Shown: piece by piece, positions 1 through 11,838 of the stretch
Layout: every line of letters starts with the position of its first letter
Numbering within the stretch: position 1 is the stretch's first letter
NCBI RefSeq assembly: GCF_963921235.1
Contig: NC_086108.1
Location: 105,960,001 to 106,024,000 of the forward strand
DNA: 64,000 nt
DNA from: Mobula hypostoma
Taxonomy: Eukaryota
Direction: 5' to 3'
Translations under genes and position numbers: made by a program
Notes under the pieces: generated by a model
Told to the model about the DNA's origin: nothing
What the model saw: the letters and a program-made list of their open reading frames with translations, nothing else
Database searches by the model: none

Positions 1-280
1 TTTTGCACTATTGTCTGCAAATCCTAGACTGCTGTGTGTGAAAATCTCATGAGATCAGCTGTTTCTGAGATACTCCAACCAACCCGTCTGGCACCAGCAA
101 TCATTCCATGGTCAAAGTCACTTAGATCACATTTCCTCCCCATTCTGATGTTTGGTCTGAACAACGACTGAATCTCTTAACTTTGTCTGCATGCTTTTAT
201 GCATTGAGTTGCTGCCACATCGTTGGCTATTTAGATATTTGCATAAAATGAATCGGTGTACAAGTGTACCTGAGTGTATA
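1..280 (-). mobile_element. Tc1-like DNA transposon fossil (family A), 5' end fragment
   Basis: Reverse complement matches the copy at 1657-2145 (same leader and HTH-coding segment). Confidence 0.75.
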
Positions 281-315
281 ATTTCTGTGTCTTTTATGCT
301 TGCATTTTTTATGTT

Positions 316-1355
316 CTGTGGCAGATGGAACTGCTCCGCATCTCTTTTTTATGCAGAGCAGCGTAAGATCTGCTCCCAACACCCGCCAACCTCAGCACCT
401 GGTATGAAGATAAGACAGACAGGTGTGCTGCTTGTGGTGAGAAGGGAACACCTCAACACATCTTGAGTGCATGCAGAGTCAATCTCTCCAGCGGCATGTA
501 CACGTGGAGACATAACAACGTTCTCAAAGTTGTAACAGAAGCGGTTGAGCAGAGAGTACTGCAGCACAACTTATCTCATGCCCCATGCTGCGCAGAACAT
601 CGCATATCATTTGTGAAAGAAGGCTCCAAGTCAAGGGTGTACAGCACAGGCTCACGATCAAGTATACTTTCTTCAGCCAATGATTGGTGTGTCAAGGCCG
701 ACCTGGACGGGAAAGGCAGTTTCCCGGAGCAAATAGCTTTCACCACATTGCGTCCAGATATAATCGTGTGGTCTGACGCCAGTAGAGAAGCGGTTATTGG
801 TGAACTCTCAGTCCCCTGGGAAGACAACATCGATGAAGTCCATGAGTGCAAGTTAACCAAGTATGCAGAGTTGAGATCAGAGTGCAGAGACAGAGGGTGG
901 AAGGTCTCACGTTATCCATTCGAAGTAGGCTGCCGTGGGTTTATTGCGTTGACCTTCCAGAAGTGGCTGCGTGACCTTGGCTTCACTAGAAGAGAGATCA
1001 AGTCAACCAGCAGGGCTGTAGCTGAGGCAGCAGAGAAAGGATCAGCATGGGTGTGGACCAAGTATGTGCAGAGGGGCAGATAGTCAGACAGTGTATACAT
1101 ATCTTGCAAACCCTTCAGTAGTTGCATAGACACCTGAAAAGCAGACTATCTGTTGGATGGAAGTGACTGATAGAGGCAGATGCCAAGTTTTTAAGCTCAC
1201 CAGTGGGAGGTGGTGCTTTAGCACTGCTGGCCCACCACCTCGAGGGAGTCTTGATCATAAGCGGGCCGAAACTCCTGAAGACAGGTGGCAGATCAACTGA
1301 TGATCCCACTGGTGATAGCACGGGACAGTTAACATCTCAGTCTACGTGTATCTTT
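316..1355 (+). mobile_element. HERO-type (restriction-like endonuclease) non-LTR retrotransposon, 5'-truncated, with 3' UTR
   Basis: Frame of ORF 463-1083 extends upstream through one stop (364-366): DLLPTPANL, CCHC knuckle CAAC..HILSAC, WRHN, LRPDIIVW, ELSVPWE, KLTKY, EVGCRG. Confidence 0.85.
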
Positions 1356-1656
1356 AACTCTGCTGCATTGTATTCGGAGTCAGAATCATTTTGTTCTCCT
1401 TTACACTCGTGTACTGAAGAATAACAATAAACAACGCCAAATCTTGAATCTTGATTTAAATGACTATTGGTCATCACACCTTACTTACCCACACATTTCC
1501 TTTGTGCCTCCCTTTCCAGATCCTCAGCTTTCCTCAGGCTTTTAGAATTTACATTGACGTGGACGACTTGATCATTGATGTGGACAAACTGATGACTCGA
1601 CAGCCGGGATCCATCTGCTGTAATGAACTGTCAGTTAACCTCATTCAAATCGCATG

Positions 1657-2145
1657 CACTCAGTGGACACTTTATTAGGCATACCTGAACCCCTGCTTGT
1701 TAATGTAAATATCTAATCAGCCAATCATATGGCAGCAATTCCATGCACGAAAGCATGCGGACATGGTCAAGAGGTTCAGTTGTTGTTCAGAGCAAACGTC
1801 AGAATGGGGAGGAAATGTGATCTAAGTGACTTTGACCATGGAATGATTGCTGGTGCCAGACAGGGTGGTTTGAATATCTCAGAAAATACTGATCACCTGG
1901 ATTTTTCTCATATAACAATCTCTAGAGTTTACAGAGAATGGTGTGTAAACCAAAAGAATATCCTGTGAGTGGCAGTTCTGGTGGCGAAACTCCTTGTCAA
2001 TGAAAGAGGTTAGAGAATAGCCAGAATGGTTTAAGATGACAGTAATTCAAATAACGACATGTTACAACAGTGGTGTGCAGAAGGGTGTCTCTGAATGCAC
2101 AACAAGTTGAACCTTGAATTGGTTGGGCTACAGAAGCAGAAGGAC
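1657..2145 (+). mobile_element. Tc1-like DNA transposon fossil (family A)
   Basis: Starts cactcagtggacactttattagg; encodes MGRKCDLSDFDHGMIAGARQGGLNISE..TISRVYREW (Tc1 N-terminal HTH); further copies at 6925-7025, 39505-40705, 54313-54880. Confidence 0.8.
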
Positions 2146-2424
2146 ACAAGTAAGCACATCTCCTGACTACGTTGAACCAAACATCCTTTAGTTTCTGTGG
2201 AAGTAGCTTTTGGCATCATTGAAGTTTGTTGATGTTGGGTATCAATAGTCTATTACTCAGCCCCCCTCCTGCCCCCCCCCACCGATGCTTCTTGACCCAC
2301 TGAGCCCCACCAGCTGATTGGTTTTTTACTTCGGATTCCAGCATCTGCAGCCTCTTGTGTCTCTATAATGCCATCGGGACATGCTACAGCTAAATATTTT
2401 ATTTACTTTTAATTTTTATTTTAT

Positions 2425-2615
2425 TTAAAGATACAGTACAGCAGCATGGTAAAAGAACATTTCTGCCCAATGAGCCTGAGCCACTCAAGTACACCCAGTG
2501 ATTAATTAACCTACTAATCGGTACATACCTCTTTGGACTGTGGGAGGAAACCAGAGCACTCAGAGGAAACCCACACAGTCATGGGGAGAATATGCAAGCT
2601 CCTTACAGACAGAAG
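2425..2615 (-). mobile_element. V-SINE (HE1-like) fragment with LINE-type tail
   Basis: tttggactgtgggaggaaaccagagcac..gaggaaacccac motif, repeated near 3865, 38535 and 58420. Confidence 0.6.
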
Positions 2616-2770
2616 TCAGACATTATAAATGGCTTCATAAGTGGAGAAGAACATCTGAATGCTAAGTTTAGGAACTAAATGGAGAACTTCATCACGACTG
2701 AATCTGGATAGAGGTGAGATGGCCACTTTATTAAGTACAGGAGATACTGAGTTTATTGGGAATGACAGCT

Positions 2771-3126
2771 TGTTAGGCCTGCTCCTGCTGACAACTCCTA
2801 GCCTGCACATGCAGGCATCTCTCAACCTCCATTCAACTAACAGGATTCACCTGTCGCTCGTTCCAGACTCCTCACCTGCAGCCTATTTAACCCCAGTACT
2901 CAGCCATGGACCTTGTTCACTCATTGAACCAGCTGGCCTCAACCAGTTGCTCCAAGCTTCCACTCTCCCCACCTAAGGTTTACCTAGTTGCCTGTTGTGC
3001 TTAGTATCTTGTTTTGTGGCCCCTCGTGACTTGTTGTTTTACAACCTATTATTAAAGTTATTACTTACTGCTGAATCCTCTCTGCTACTCTGCTTTTGGA
3101 TCAAGCCTCCTCTACAATTCCTGACA
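2771..3126 (+). mobile_element. Solo LTR (356 bp)
   Basis: TGTTAGG...CCTGACA termini, flanks cagct/caact (5-bp TSD with one mismatch), TATTTAA near 2884, ATTAAA near 3050. Confidence 0.7.
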
Positions 3127-4049
3127 CAACTGTTAATTTTGATTTTTAAAACCGTCTTAATCTGTCTCCAAATCACATCCAGGCCCTGTGTTTTCCAAGG
3201 ACTCTGTAATCAGTGCGACTTTGTAATCAGCAACGCCATTCCGAACATTTCCCAGTCTTTGAAGCTCGTGCCCTTAATGCAAATTTCATGAGTAACGATC
3301 ATGTCAGATAGATGATTTGGAGGTTCCTTGCATAAATTTTCAATAAATCATCTATGTTAGCCACAAAGAAATGTCATTGGTGTTTAGAAATGGAACAGCT
3401 TGGATCTGTGACTAATTCGTATTTACTGTGTATCATGATACTAAGCTGGAAATGCACATAATTACTAACTATAATTAATAATCATATTGCATTAAATATA
3501 AAACCCAGAGGGATCCATCTCACATTAAAGAAGGACATTAAAGGCTGTTTAAATTAAATTTAGTTGGGGGCCAGAGCTGACATTTGGAGCAGTTAATTGG
3601 CAGCTGATGTTTGAAACCAAGTAGGTTTAATAACGCATAGAACATAGAACACCACAGCACAGTACAGACTCTTTGACCCACAATGTTTTGACAAACTTTT
3701 AACCTGTTGCAAGAACAGTCCATTTATTTTTTATTTATTGAGTTACAGAGCAGATTAGGCCCTTCCGGCCCTTCGAACCCTGCCACCCAGCAATCTCCTG
3801 ATTTAACCCCAACCTAGTCACGGGACAATTTACTACGAACAATTAAACTACCAGCCAGTATATGTCTTTGCACTGTGGGAGGAAACCAGAAGCTAGATAC
3901 CCACACGGTCACGGTGGAGAACGTAGAAATTCCTTAGAGAGACATTGGCCAAATGCAGGAATTTGGAACGAGCTGGGTGGGCAGTATGAATTAGTTGGTC
4001 TGAAGGCCTGTATCCAAGTTGTACTGCTCCATCCTCTCTGCAGATCATC

Positions 4050-4250
4050 ATCTTGTTGTAGTGGAGAGGCTGGTGAAATCCTGAGAACCCAACAGCAACT
4101 CTGTTTAAACTTCGGTCACTTGGTGTTTCGCTTCTAGTATGGGTACCCGTGGCGATAAGGTCAAGGAGTAGGTTCCAGACAAAGAGAATTCAAACCAAGA
4201 CCTCAACAGTGGAGCCTGTGGAAGATGATGACACATTATCACTGTCGGAA
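4050..4250 (+). mobile_element. Possible RTE-clade LINE 5' UTR fragment
   Basis: ttgttgtagtggagaggct...taaggtcaaggagtaggttccagacaaagag...caagacctcaac resembles recalled RTE 5' ends. Confidence 0.35.
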
Positions 4251-4332
4251 TTAAACTAGATTTGCCTATGCTGTAAAGCATTGGCCTAACCACTACACTA
4301 CCATGCCAGCTAAATCTAACCCTAGTTAGACC

Positions 4333-6885
4333 GTAAAACATAGGAGCAGAATCAGGCCATTTGTCACATCAAGTCTGCTCCAGCATTCAATCATGGCTTC
4401 TCCTTATTTCCCCTCCTCAGCGTCACTCCCCAGCCTTCTCCTTGTATCCTTTGATGCCATAGCCAATCAGCCAATCAAGAAACTGTCAAGCTCTGCCTTA
4501 AATACACTGAACGACCTGGCTTCCACAGCTGCCTGTGATAATAAATTCCACAAATTCACCACCCAGAAATTTGTTGAAGAAATTTTAAGAAATTTATAAA
4601 TGTATCGAAATTTATCTTGTTTAAGAAATTTCTCTGTATCTCTGTTTTAAATGGATGCCCTTCTATCCTGAGGCTGTGCCCGCTTGTCCGCGGCTCCTCC
4701 ACCATGGGAAACATCCTTTCCAAATCTACCTGTTAAGGCCTTTCTACATTCAAAAGGTTCCAATGAAATCACCCCTCATCCTTCTAAATACCAGCAAGCA
4801 CAGGCCCAGAGCTATCAAACGTTCCTCATATGATAACTCTTTCATTTCCGGAATCATTCTTGCGAAACTCCTCTGAACCTGCTCCAAACCCAGCACATCT
4901 TTTCTTAGATAAGGAGCACAAAATTGTTCACAGTACTCAAGGTGAGGGCTTACCAGTGCCTTATAAAACCTTAGCCATAGTCTTATATGTTAGACCTCTT
5001 GAAATGAATGTTGCCTTCCTCACCACTGACTCAACCTGCAAGTTAAACTTTAGTGTGTTCTGCGCAAGGATTTCCAAGTCCCTTTGAATCTTAGATTTTT
5101 GTATTTTCTCCACATTGAGAAAATCATCTTCTACTGAATAACATGACCATGCATTTTCCAACATTATATTTCATTTACCACTTTCTTGCCCATTCTCTTA
5201 GTCTGTCTAAGCCCTTCTGCAGCCAACCTGTTTCCTCAACAAAACCTACCCCTCACCAATCTTCATGGCATCTGCAAACTTAGCAACAAAGCCATCCATT
5301 CCCTCATCTAAACCATTGATACACAGCATAAAAAGAAGCAGTCCCAACACTGATCCCTGCGGAACACTACTAGTCACTGGCAGACAACCAGACAAGGATC
5401 CTTTTATTCCCACTTGCTGCCTTCTACCAATCAGCCAATGCTCTAGCCATGCTAGTAACTTTCCTGTAATGCCACGGGCTCTTAACTCGGTAAGCAGCCT
5501 CATGTGTGGCTCCTTGTCAAAGGCCTTCAGAAAATCCAAATAATCAACATCCACGGCATCTCCTTTATCTATCCTACCAGGATCAAAATTAGAATCAGAA
5601 TCAAGTTTATTATCACAGGCATGTGTTGTGAAATTTGTTAATTTAGCAGCAGTAGCAGTTTAATGCAATACATAATATAGAGGAAGATAAATAAATAAAT
5701 ACATAAATAAATAAATAAATTACAGTATATGTATATTGAATAGATTAAAAATCGTGCAAAAACAGAAATGATATATATTAAAAAAAGTGAGATAGTGTTC
5801 ACGGGTAATCTCATCAAAGAATTCCAACAGGTTTGTCAAGCAAGATTTTCCAATAAGAAAACTATGCTGACTTTGTCCTACCTTGTCCTGTGTCACCAAG
5901 CACTCCACAACCTCATCCTTAACAATTGACTCCAACATCTTCCCAACCACTGAGGTCAGGCTAACTGGTCTATAATTTCCTTTCTGCTGCCTCCCTCCTT
6001 TTATAAAAAGTGGAGTGCCATCTCGTAGTGCCATCTAAAAAGCCATCTCTTAGGTATTCAACAAATTCACTCGCTTGAGATCAATTACCAAGCTGATTTT
6101 CCCAATCTGCCTGCATGTTGAAATCTCCCTTGACAATCATGACATTGCCCTTTTGACACAGATTTTCTATTCCCTATTGTAATCTGTAGTCCACATCCCA
6201 GCTACTGTTTGAAGTCCTGTATATAACTGCTTTTACCCTTGCAGTTCCTTAAGTCAACCCACAAAGATTCAACACCTTCCGATCCGATGTCACATCTTTC
6301 TAATGATTTGATGCCATTACTTTACCAGTACAGTCACATCACCCCCCCTGCCTACCTTCCTATCCCTCCGATACAAGGTGTAACCTTGGACATTAAGCTC
6401 CCAACTACAATCATCCTTCAGACATGATTCAGTGATGGGCACAACATCATACCTGGCAATCTGTATTAGTGCAACAAGATCATTCACCTTATTTCTTATA
6501 CTCTGCGCAATGATTTCACACTTTGAATATTGTAGTTTCTACCCTTTTTGATTCAGCATCCCTATTGCACTTATGCTCACCCTGTTGGCTGCAGTTTTGT
6601 CCTATCACCTGCCTGCCCTTCCTGACCGTCTGACTGCACACTATCTTTGATTTTTTTATCATCCCGTCCTATCCTGAGTCCCTTCATACTGGTTTCCATT
6701 CACCTGCCAAATTTCTTTAAACCCTCCCCAACTGCTCTAACAAATTTACCTGCGATAATATTGATTCTCCTCAGGTTCAGGTTCAACCCATTCCTGTTGT
6801 ACAGGTCAAACCTCCCCCAAAAGAGATCCCAAGGATCCAAGAATCTGAAGCCCTGCCCCCATGGGCTGACTTCTCAGCTACGCCT
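4333..6885 (-). mobile_element. Degraded CR1 LINE with internal deletions and a Rex1/Babar 3' tail inserted at ~5580-5804
   Basis: NYRPVSLTSVVGK, YLDFLKAFDK, VPQGSVLG, KFADA; CR1 3' UTR at left end; endonuclease and ORF1 remnants at right. Confidence 0.9.
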
Positions 6886-7025
6886 TTATTTGCCAAATCT
6901 TCCTGTTTCTACCCTTATTTGTGTTTCTGCCGCCTTCCTGACAGCTTGTACCAGTCTGGTCATTCTTCTCTGCCCTCTCATTAACAAGATGCTTTCACCC
7001 ACAGAACTGCCACTCACTGGGTGTC

Positions 7026-7135
7026 TCAAACAAGAGAAAATCTGCAGATGCTGGAAATGTGAGCAACACACACCAAATGCTAGAGGAAATCAGCAAGCTA
7101 GGCGCGCTGAGTCCCTCCAGCATTCTGTGTGCGTT
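7026..7135. mobile_element. Short inverted pair of Penelope (Neptune) terminal-repeat fragments
   Basis: acacacaccaaatgctagaggaaatcagc ... gctgagtccctccagcattctgtgtgcgt are mutual reverse complements and match the dispersed terminal repeat. Confidence 0.65.
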
Positions 7136-7150
7136 ACGGGGTATGTAACA

Positions 7151-7212
7151 AGGGGTATAATTCTCGCTTCAGGTGTGAGAGGTCTCGTGTTCAAATCCCG
7201 GACGAGCCCCCG
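7151..7212 (+). pseudogene. 5'-truncated tRNA-Pro copy including CC of the CCA end; forms an extended primer-binding site on the minus strand
   Basis: aggggtataattctcgcttcaggtgtgagaggtctcgtgttcaaatcccggacgagcccccg matches vertebrate tRNA-Pro from the D loop to the 3' end; 5' acceptor strand absent. Confidence 0.85.
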
Positions 7213-7216
7213 ATTT

Positions 7217-7942
7217 TGTTACGAACCCTGTAACGGGTTAAAGAACCAGCAGATATGGAACACACCCGGAGTCTGGTTTTGCTGTTAACTAATTCTATTT
7301 TATTAGTAACTACATAATAAAGTAACATAAAACCAGATAAATCAAACAGGTTAGCAGAGTTTATGCATATATAGGTGTATAAATATAAAACCCAAACTTC
7401 TTCAAACTTAGGTGGTAATTGATACAGTTTTACGGTGGTAGATAAACAAAGTCAGATCAGTTCGTGATGTTGAGTTGAGGAGAGAGAGAGAGAGAGGTGG
7501 TTTGTTGTCCACGTAAGCTGATGCCGTCGATTCTTCCCCTTGTTCTCTGAAACTTCCAAGTTAGCCAAACTTGACCAACTTAAGAGCACCATCTTCAAGT
7601 GATAATCTACCAACCCAGGCAAGGGTTAGAAACACTGGTAGACTCCACAGGGTTGCTCTTTCATGCACCAATAATCACAGATCGATTCCTCTTAATTGAT
7701 CCTCAGTCCCACAATTGTGGGCACCTGGAAGTGTAGTGGTAATTTTGCCACACCTTTGTGTGTCTGTGTGTCCCTTTTCTTCTGTGTCCTGTGAAACAAG
7801 CAAATATGCTGGTTTAAATACTGTTGTGCTGAACACCAGCTGTCCATCACATAGCTCCTCCCCTCTCTCTGTAGGAACTCAGAAGCTGGCAGTGTCGTTG
7901 CATAAATCCCAAACAAACTGTGAGCAGTCTTTGACCCCCTCT

Positions 7943-7980
<38 letters not shown>

Positions 7981-8072
7981 CAAGTTGTTTGTGCTGTACA
8001 GCTTTCTCTTTCCCATAGGCAGGGTTCTTAAAGGCACAGTCCATAATGGGTAGAGCTTAGGATTCCGTCACA
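7217..8072 (-). mobile_element. LTR (856 bp) followed on the minus strand by a tRNA-Pro PBS
   Basis: TGTTACG...CGTCACA termini; minus-strand AATAAA near 7300; PBS (T>C)GGGGGCTCGTCCGGGAT 4 nt after the LTR end. Confidence 0.8.
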
Positions 8073-8319
8073 CTGACCAGTGTCAGTTCACTGCCGCAGC
8101 CTTCCTCCACCTTCACCACCATTGTGATCTGTCATCATCTTGTATAAGCAAGCTCCATCATTTAGGTCTTAGTTTAGTTGCTCTTTGTCTGGAACTCAGC
8201 CTTGATTTTACCACCACTAGGAGCAAAATACAGATGGCTAAAGTCCAAACAGAATTGCTTTTCAGTTTTCAGAGTCTCAGAAGCCTCTCTACTATGACAA
8301 GGTGATGTTTGCAGAGGAT

Positions 8320-8610
8320 AGAGCAGTACAGATTAAATTAGCCCTTCAGACCAACTAATCCATGCTGCCCATCCAGCTGGTTCTAAATTCTTGCATTTGA
8401 CCCATACCTCTCTAATCCCTGCCCGTCCATGTACCTATCTAAGTGCTTCTTAAATGATACTCTGGTATGTGCCTCAAACACTTCTTCTGGCAGCTCACAC
8501 TGTTTGCTCTTTATCGATTGGGTGAAAAAGTTGACAATTAGGTCCTTTTTCAATCTTTCCCCTCTCACCCTATACCTAAATCTCATAGTTTTAGACTCCA
8601 CTGGGGGACA
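8320..8610 (-). mobile_element. CR1 LINE 3' fragment
   Basis: FFTQ..ELPEEV..FKKHLDRYM on minus strand. Confidence 0.7.
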
Positions 8611-9135
8611 ATTTAAAGATTCAAAGATCCAAAGTATATTTTTTATCAAAGTACATATGCAGTACAGATTCCTGAGATGTGTCTTCCCCACAGACAACCA
8701 CAAAACAAAGAAACACCATGGACCCCGTTCAAAGAAAACAAATCAAACCCTCCACGAGCAAAAGAAACCATATCGTGGATTGCACAAAAGGCAACAAAAA
8801 AAAAACAAATGATAAACACAGGATATAAAACAGAAAAGCAAAGGAGTCCAGGCATATTCAGTATAGCTCGGTGTTCATTATCTGAAGGCTGCCATGATTC
8901 AAAATCGCCCAAACTAGCATCCAGAAAAGGAGTAACCAGTAACCAGAAACACATCATAATGTGAACTAGAGTTCAAAACACAAACCTTGCCTGAGATCCA
9001 GGCCATCAGCACCATTCTCCGACAGCATTGAGGAAGAGAGAGAGAACATTCAAACACAGGGATCTTCCACCAGGTGGAGGGAGAGAGAGAGACTGGTAGA
9101 TGGTTCTCGACACCACTAGCCGACTGCACCTGCCT
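8611..9135 (-). mobile_element. Non-autonomous LINE-tailed element
   Basis: Minus-strand 3' end tacatactttgataaaaaa..tttgaatcttt resembles the tails at ~36040, ~40340, ~42335 and ~59550. Confidence 0.45.
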
Positions 9136-9443
9136 TGATGATTGTTACCAATTACCGTTGGGTCATCTAGTCCTTGGTAAGCCATTGACATGTACCTGGA
9201 CATAGCCCTCCCAAACTTCTCTTAAATATTGAAATGGACCTCACATGCACCACAGGGGGAGCAAAGCTTTGCAGGCGTTCGAGCTCATTCCAGCAGCCCA
9301 ATCAGTGGCGGGAGCAGAGCACGGCAAATTAAATCAAAGTACAGAAGTTATAAGCAGGGCAGCCACTGCTCAGAGAAGGCCAGTGGAGAGAGTTGGAGTG
9401 TCTGAGTTTGGCTCAAAGGAGGCTTCGGCTCGAAAGAGGAGAT

Positions 9444-9491
9444 GGGTTAGGGTTAGGGTTAGAAGTGATGGGTTAGGGTTAGAGTTAGAGG
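9444..9491 (+). repeat. Short interstitial telomere-like (TTAGGG)n tract
   Basis: gggttagggttagggttagaagtgatgggttagggttagagttagagg. Confidence 0.7.
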
Positions 9492-10923
9492 TGATGGCTC
9501 TGGATAAGTATCTGTTGAGATTCCCTTTTTATTCTCTTACTGTATCTTGTAAGGTAAATAGCTATTGTATGCTCCTCATGCCAGCTGTGAAGTGCATCCG
9601 GCTGCAGCTCCTTGAAGACCGTGTTAGGGATCTGCAGCAGCAGCTGGATGAGCTTCAGTTTGCATGGGAGGGCGAGGAGATCATCGATCAGAGTTACAGG
9701 TAAACAGTCACCCTGAGGTTGCAGGAGGCGGGTAGCTGGGTGATTGTCAGGAGAAGTGGAAATCTGCAGAGGCAGTTAGCACAGAGCAGCCCTGTGGCCA
9801 TACCCCTCAATAATAAGTAAACCTTTTTAGTTACTGTTGTGGGGGATGACCCCCCAGGGGAATGCCATGTCACTGAGCATGGGTCCGCGGTCCCGAAGAG
9901 AAAGTGGGAGAAGAGGGGAGCCAGAGCGATAGAGGACTCATAGTCAGTGGAACAGACAGGAGGTTCTGTGGACATGAACAGGACACCCAATGGTATGTTG
10001 CCTCCCAGGTGTCAGGTTCAGGGACATTGGGATCCTGTCCACAGCATTTTGGAGAGGGAGGGAGAGCAGCCAGATGTCTTGGTATATATTGGTAGCAATG
10101 ACATAAAAAGGAAAAGCAATGAGGTGCTGAAGAGAGAATTTAGAAAGCTAGGCAGAAAGTTGAGAAGCACGACTTCCAGGGTTGTAATTTCTGGATTGCT
10201 ACCTGTGCCACACGCTATTGAGGGTAGAAACAAGATGATTTGGCAGATAAACGCATGGCTGAGAAGCTGGTGCAAGGGACAGGGCTTCAAGTTCTTGGAT
10301 CATTGGGATCTCTTCTGGGGAGATATGAACTGTACAAAAGGGATGGGTTGCACCTGAACTCAAATGGGACTAATAATCTTGCGGGCAGATTTGTTACAGA
10401 TGTTGGGGATGGTTTAAATGAATTTGGCAGAAGGGTGGGAACCAGGGTGAAGGGATTCAGGACAGGATGGATGGTAAAAGAGCAAAGATAGTGTGTAATC
10501 AAACTATTAGGAAGGGCAGGTAGACGATGGGAGAAAATTACAGCCAATAGGTTGAGATTCAGTGCTTTAGGGATGCAGAGTCAATAAGGGTAGCAAATAC
10601 AGCACTTAAAGTGTTATATCTCAGTGCACAGAGTATAAGAAATAAGGTGGATGATCTTGTTGCACTACTACAGATTGTCAGGCATGACCTTATGGCAATC
10701 GTTGAATCATTGCTGAAGTATTGTTGTACTTGGGAGCTGAATGTCCAAAGTTATACTTTGTATTGGAGGGAAAGGAAGGTAGGCAGAGGGAGTGGCGTGG
10801 CTCTGTTGGTAAAAAATGACATCAAATCAGTAGAATGATGTGACATAGGATCGGAAGATGTTGAATCTTTATGGGTTAGGTTAAGAAAGAGCAAGGGTAA
10901 AAGGACCTAGGTGGCAGTTATAT

Positions 10924-11838
10924 AGAAACATAGAAACCTACGGCACAATACAGGCCCTACAGCCCACAAAGTTCTGTGGAACACGTTCATACCTTAGAAA
11001 TTACTAGGCTAACATTACCACGTGCTCACCACTCTCTGCATAAAAAAACTTACCCCCGACATCTCCTCTGTACCTACTCCCAAGCACCTTAAACCTGTGC
11101 CCTCTTGTGGCAGCCATTTCAGCCTTGGGAAAAAGCCTTTGACTATCCACATGATCAATGCCTCTCACTATCTTCTACACCTCTATCAGGTCACGTCTCA
11201 TCTTTTGTCACTCCAAGGAAAAAAGGCTGAGTTTACTCAACCTGTTTTCATAAGGCATGCGCTCCAATCCAGGCAACACCCTTGTAAATCTCCTCTGCAT
11301 TCTTTCTATGGTTTCCACATCCTTCCTGTAGTGAGGTGACCAGAACTGAGCACAGTACTCCAAGTGGGGTCTGACCAGGGTCCTACATAGCTGCAACATT
11401 ACCTCTCGACTCCTAAATTCAATTACAGAGTCAACCTGCGCAGCTGCTTTGAGCGTCCTATGGGCTCGGACCCCAAGATCCCTCTGATCCTCCACACTGC
11501 CAGGAGTCTTACCATTAATACTATATTCAGCCAACATATTTGACCTACCAAAATGAACCACTTCACACTTATCTGGGTTGAACTCCATCTGCCACTTCTC
11601 AGCCCAGTTTTGCATCCTATCAATGTCCTGCTGCAACCTCTGACAACCCTCCACACTATCCACAACATCTCCAACCTTTATGTCATCAGCAAACTTACTA
11701 ACCCCTCACTCCACTTCCTCATCCAGGTCATTTATAAAAATCACGAAGAATGAGGCTCCCAGAACAGATCCCTGAGGCACACTACTGGTCACCGACCTCT
11801 ATGCAGAATATGACCCGTCTATAACCACCCTTTGTGGG
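10924..11838 (-). mobile_element. 5'-truncated CR1 nested in the older CR1
   Basis: WQMEFNPDKCEVVHFG, RPHLEYCAQFWSPH; agaaacatagaaac tail at left. Confidence 0.9.

Noticed and set aside
1245..1303. Canonical hammerhead ribozyme in the HERO 3' UTR
   Set aside because: Core motifs are not in any type I/II/III order and stems I and II cannot be formed; kept only as a structured-RNA finding
7151..7212. Functional tRNA gene
   Set aside because: 5' acceptor strand and most of the A box are missing; stem and anticodon substitutions
8255..8310. Plus-strand micro-exon (ttttcag...AAG|gtgatg)
   Set aside because: Weak donor and no partner exons on that strand
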